From positions 1-64,000 of the forward strand of contig JALXBF010000033.1 in the NCBI GenBank assembly GCA_026991575.1: a DNA stretch of 64,000 nucleotides, given 5' to 3'. This document shows positions 60,967-64,000 of the stretch, one piece after another. The notes beneath the pieces were generated by a model. It did no database searches. It saw only the letters and a program-made list of their open reading frames with translations, and was not told where the DNA came from. The translations under genes were made by a program, and so were the position numbers. This DNA is from Planctomycetota bacterium. GTDB taxonomy: Bacteria; Planctomycetota; Planctomycetia; JALXBF01. Within the stretch, counting starts at the first letter, position 1. Every line of letters starts with the position of its first letter.

Positions 60967-62259
60967 TCACGTGCCATTGCGGTCGGCGGGATTGGTGGTC
61001 TGGGTGCGAAGCTTCTCCAGCAGCTCGTCCGCGGGGGCGTAGGCCGGGTCCTGAGCCAGGGCCATTTCGCACCACCCGATTGCCTCGCGCTGCCGTCCCA
61101 GCCCGGCGCAGTGCTCGGCCAGCTCAACACACTTTTCCGGGCTCGGTACGGTCCACTGCGGCGCGCGCTCATCGCCACCCAGCTCGGAAATGAACTGCTG
61201 GATCGCATCGTAGTGCGTCTTCAGCTCACGGAACCGCGCCAGATGCGCTCGACCCTCTTCGGCCCGGCTGCGTCGGATCAGCAAACCACCCAGTGAGAAG
61301 TGGATCCGGTGGTCGTAGGGTGCCAGCCGGAGGGCGCGGCGGTAGAAGCGCTCGGCAAGATCGAGCTTTCCAAGGCCGTCGTACGCTTGAGCCACCGCCT
61401 TCCAGAATTGCACTGGAGCTTCGCTAGGTATCGTGTGCTTGCGGAGCCACTCATCGATGGCCCGGAAGTTCTGCCTGGAGACGTAGACCTCGAACAGCAC
61501 CGCCACGGTGTCGAGGTCGTCTGGCAAGAGCCGCGCGGCCTGCTCGGCCCACCGCACCGCCTCATCCAGGTTCCCCCCCTTCATGTAGTACCAGGCCAGC
61601 GCACGCCGCGAGATGCCGTCCTCGGGATCCGCTTCCACCGCGACCAACAGCTCCTTAACCGCCCGCTCAATGTAGACCGGCTCCCCCTGCAACCTGGCCA
61701 GCGCGATCAGCAGACGCCATGGCTCGGCGTGTTCCGGGTACACGCCCCAAATCAATGGGATCGCCTCGCGCGCCCGCCGTTCCAGGGAGTACATCGAAAC
61801 CAGCTCGTAGATTGCTGCGCGCCTGTATTCCAGCGCCGCCGGCGTGTTCCGCTGCTCACCAAGCGTGATCACCTTCTTGAACAGCGTTTCCGCCTTCCGC
61901 CGCCGCCCGAGAACCTTCTGGATCTGGCCGCGACGGAAGACCGATTCGAGGTAGTCGGGAGCCTGCTCCGGAATCTGTTCCAGCAGCTGGAGTGCTTCTT
62001 CGTAGCGTCCAGTTGCCGCGCGCACACGGCCAGCCAGAAACAGCAGAGCCGGTCGCCGATCGCCCGCTGCCAGGTAGCGATCAATCACCTGACCTGCTTC
62101 CTGCCAGTGCCGGTTCTCCACCCATGCGCGGACTTTGTTCAACGGCGGTAACCGCTGCTCGGAGCTCCGCCACAACGATATCAGTAATGCTCCGATGCCG
62201 ATCACGACACCGAGCATCACCACATTGCCGATAATTCGGGCCGTTTGCGTCTTGGTCAT
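60967..62259 (-). CDS. Tetratricopeptide-repeat protein with N-terminal TM
   Basis: Repeated TPR-like helices (AERFYRRALRLAP, ALAQDP). Confidence 0.8.
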   Translation of the reverse strand: MTKTQTARIIGNVVMLGVVIGIGALLISLWRSSEQRLPPLNKVRAWVENRHWQEAGQVIDRYLAAGDRRPALLFLAGRVRAATGRYEEALQLLEQIPEQAPDYLESVFRRGQIQKVLGRRRKAETLFKKVITLGEQRNTPAALEYRRAAIYELVSMYSLERRAREAIPLIWGVYPEHAEPWRLLIALARLQGEPVYIERAVKELLVAVEADPEDGISRRALAWYYMKGGNLDEAVRWAEQAARLLPDDLDTVAVLFEVYVSRQNFRAIDEWLRKHTIPSEAPVQFWKAVAQAYDGLGKLDLAERFYRRALRLAPYDHRIHFSLGGLLIRRSRAEEGRAHLARFRELKTHYDAIQQFISELGGDERAPQWTVPSPEKCVELAEHCAGLGRQREAIGWCEMALAQDPAYAPADELLEKLRTQTTNPADRNGT

Positions 62260-62449
62260 GGGGGATCCGGCCAACCGATCGTTCGGCGGGAAACGCTACG
62301 TCTTTTTTACGCTGACCGTGCCACGTGGGTCGCCGCCCGAACGCCTGCCCAGGAAGCCGCGGGGCAGCCGGCCCGCCGTCGGCAGATGCCTGCTTCGATC
62401 AGCGGCTACAATGCGGCCAGGTGGAGCTGCGCGGCACGAGGCGGGAGCG

Positions 62450-63085
62450 ATGGAGTTCATACGGGAGCGGTGCGAAATCGTCGAGATCTGCCGGAGGCTG
62501 TATGACCGGGGGCTGATCAGCGGGCCGGAAGGTAATGTCAGTGTGCGCCTCGCAGCGGCTATTCTGACCACACCCGCCGGATGCTGCAAGGGCTTCCTGT
62601 CGGCAGCCGATGTCGTCGCGGTCGACGATCAGGGACGCCCGGTCGGCGGTTCGGGACGACCGACCAGCGAGCTGCCCATGCACCTGGCTATCTACCGGGC
62701 CCGGGACGACGTCGGAGCCATCGTCCACGCTCATCCGCCGGCGGTCGTTGCACTGTCGCTTGCGCGCAAATCGATACCCAGGCACGCTCTGGCCGAGTCG
62801 ATCGCCGTGCTTGGCGAGGTGGCAAGGGTTGAGTTCGAGTTGCCGGGCAGCGCGGAGCTGGGTTCCAGAGTCGCCGAGGCGCTCGGGCCGGCCGGCCGGG
62901 CGGCAATCCTGGAGCACCACGGTGCTGTGACCGTCGGTAGGACGCTTCAGGAAGCCTGGCTCCGCATGGAAACTCTAGCCGCAGTGTGCCAGACGATCTG
63001 GATGGCTCACGCCGTGGGCGAGATCCACGAGTTGCCTCAGGCGGCCGTGCAGCGGTTACTGGAGCGGTTGAAGCAGACGAGCTGA
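62450..63085 (+). CDS. Class II aldolase/adducin family protein
   Basis: EGNVSVR, PTSELPMH, HAHP, HHG; GGGAG RBS. Confidence 0.9.
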   Translation: MEFIRERCEIVEICRRLYDRGLISGPEGNVSVRLAAAILTTPAGCCKGFLSAADVVAVDDQGRPVGGSGRPTSELPMHLAIYRARDDVGAIVHAHPPAVVALSLARKSIPRHALAESIAVLGEVARVEFELPGSAELGSRVAEALGPAGRAAILEHHGAVTVGRTLQEAWLRMETLAAVCQTIWMAHAVGEIHELPQAAVQRLLERLKQTS

Positions 63086-63212
63086 GTCCGGCAGGCGTGG
63101 GGCCGCTGGCAAGGGCGGCAGACTCGCTTTTGTGCCGCTGCTAGCTCTCGTTAGTTACGAGGACGCCATGAGCACGGCCCATGGCAGGCCGCCCAGCCGG
63201 ACAGGATTCTCT

Positions 63213-64000
63213 TTAGAGGCTGATTCGTACCGGCAGGAACCGGTGGTCCGATTCGGGCCGCCGGCCCAGTTCGATCACCTCCATGACGGCCATCGTCTCG
63301 CGACGGTCAACCAACGGCTTGCCCGCTTCGAAGAAGTCGAGCATCGCCGCACAGGCTCGAACAAACAGCGTCTTCAGGTCGACCGCAACGTAGCGGGTTC
63401 CCTGCCGCGTCGTCACGGCCGCAGCGTATGGCGTCCGGGCACGGGTGTAGATGTTGATGACGGCTGTGCGGTCGCCGGTGAAGTCGAGCAGAAGCTGCAC
63501 TTCGGGCTCGGTCCCACGGCGCATCAGCCGTACCACCTCCGGCCCCATGCATGAGATCACCAGCTCAATCGGATGCACAGCGTACTCGTCGTATGTCCGG
63601 CCGCCGCCCCACGCCACCATATGCCGCACCCGGTCCCGGCCGACCTGCCGGACGTAGTCCTGGACATTCGTGTACCGCAGCGCCGAGCTCGTCTGAACGG
63701 CGACGCCGTAGCGGTCCGCAAGCCGGAACAGCTCGCGCGCAACGGTCGGGGAAGGGGCGAATGTCTTGTCCACAAACGTGGGCTTGCGGTGCGGGAACAC
63801 CGCGCGGCACAGCCCCAGGTGCGTCTCCGGGGTTGATGGCGCGAGCACGGCGAAGTAGTCAACGTGCGGTGCCAGTTCATCGACCGATCGGTAGTACGGC
63901 ACGTTGTTCTTTTCAGCCCATGCACGCGCTGCGTCTTGCCGCAGTGCCGTGACGCCCACCACCTCGAAGCCACGATCTTTCAGGTCGTTTCGGATGATCC
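63213..64000 (-). CDS. Gfo/Idh/MocA-like oxidoreductase (5' end outside the window)
   Basis: FVDKTFA, SSALRY, YAVHPIE. Confidence 0.8.
   Translation of the reverse strand, partial: IIRNDLKDRGFEVVGVTALRQDAARAWAEKNNVPYYRSVDELAPHVDYFAVLAPSTPETHLGLCRAVFPHRKPTFVDKTFAPSPTVARELFRLADRYGVAVQTSSALRYTNVQDYVRQVGRDRVRHMVAWGGGRTYDEYAVHPIELVISCMGPEVVRLMRRGTEPEVQLLLDFTGDRTAVINIYTRARTPYAAAVTTRQGTRYVAVDLKTLFVRACAAMLDFFEAGKPLVDRRETMAVMEVIELGRRPESDHRFLPVRISL

Overview
GC-rich bacterial DNA with a Planctomycetota signature (DUF1559 prepilin-like proteins, YTV-repeat protein, planctomycete cytochrome c-LRR protein, Tat-signal oxidoreductase). The core backbone is rlmI, mutM, recG, yidD, 5-oxoprolinase, split transketolase, a sigma54 two-component pair, ftsH, greA and a class II aldolase. 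It is interrupted by accessory DNA at about 17.4-25.1 kb and 43.7-60.6 kb. That DNA holds three related cell-surface cassettes built from a secreted C-terminally anchored LolA-like protein and a DUF1573-like Ig-fold protein, plus either a GT39/ArnT glycosyltransferase or tandem DUF1559 proteins and a small Cys-rich secreted protein. It also holds a TIGR04255-antitoxin-PIN module, decayed ISAs1 and IS66 elements and an intact IS630. The most notable signal: three sigma70-like promoters upstream of the two minus-strand cassettes have a CA/GT dinucleotide microsatellite in the -35/-10 spacer (27, 23 and 9 nt). Each spacer is a whole number of repeat units away from 17 nt, suggesting slipped-strand phase variation of these cassettes. 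All family calls come from motif recognition by eye; no searches were run. No rRNA, tRNA or CRISPR array was seen.
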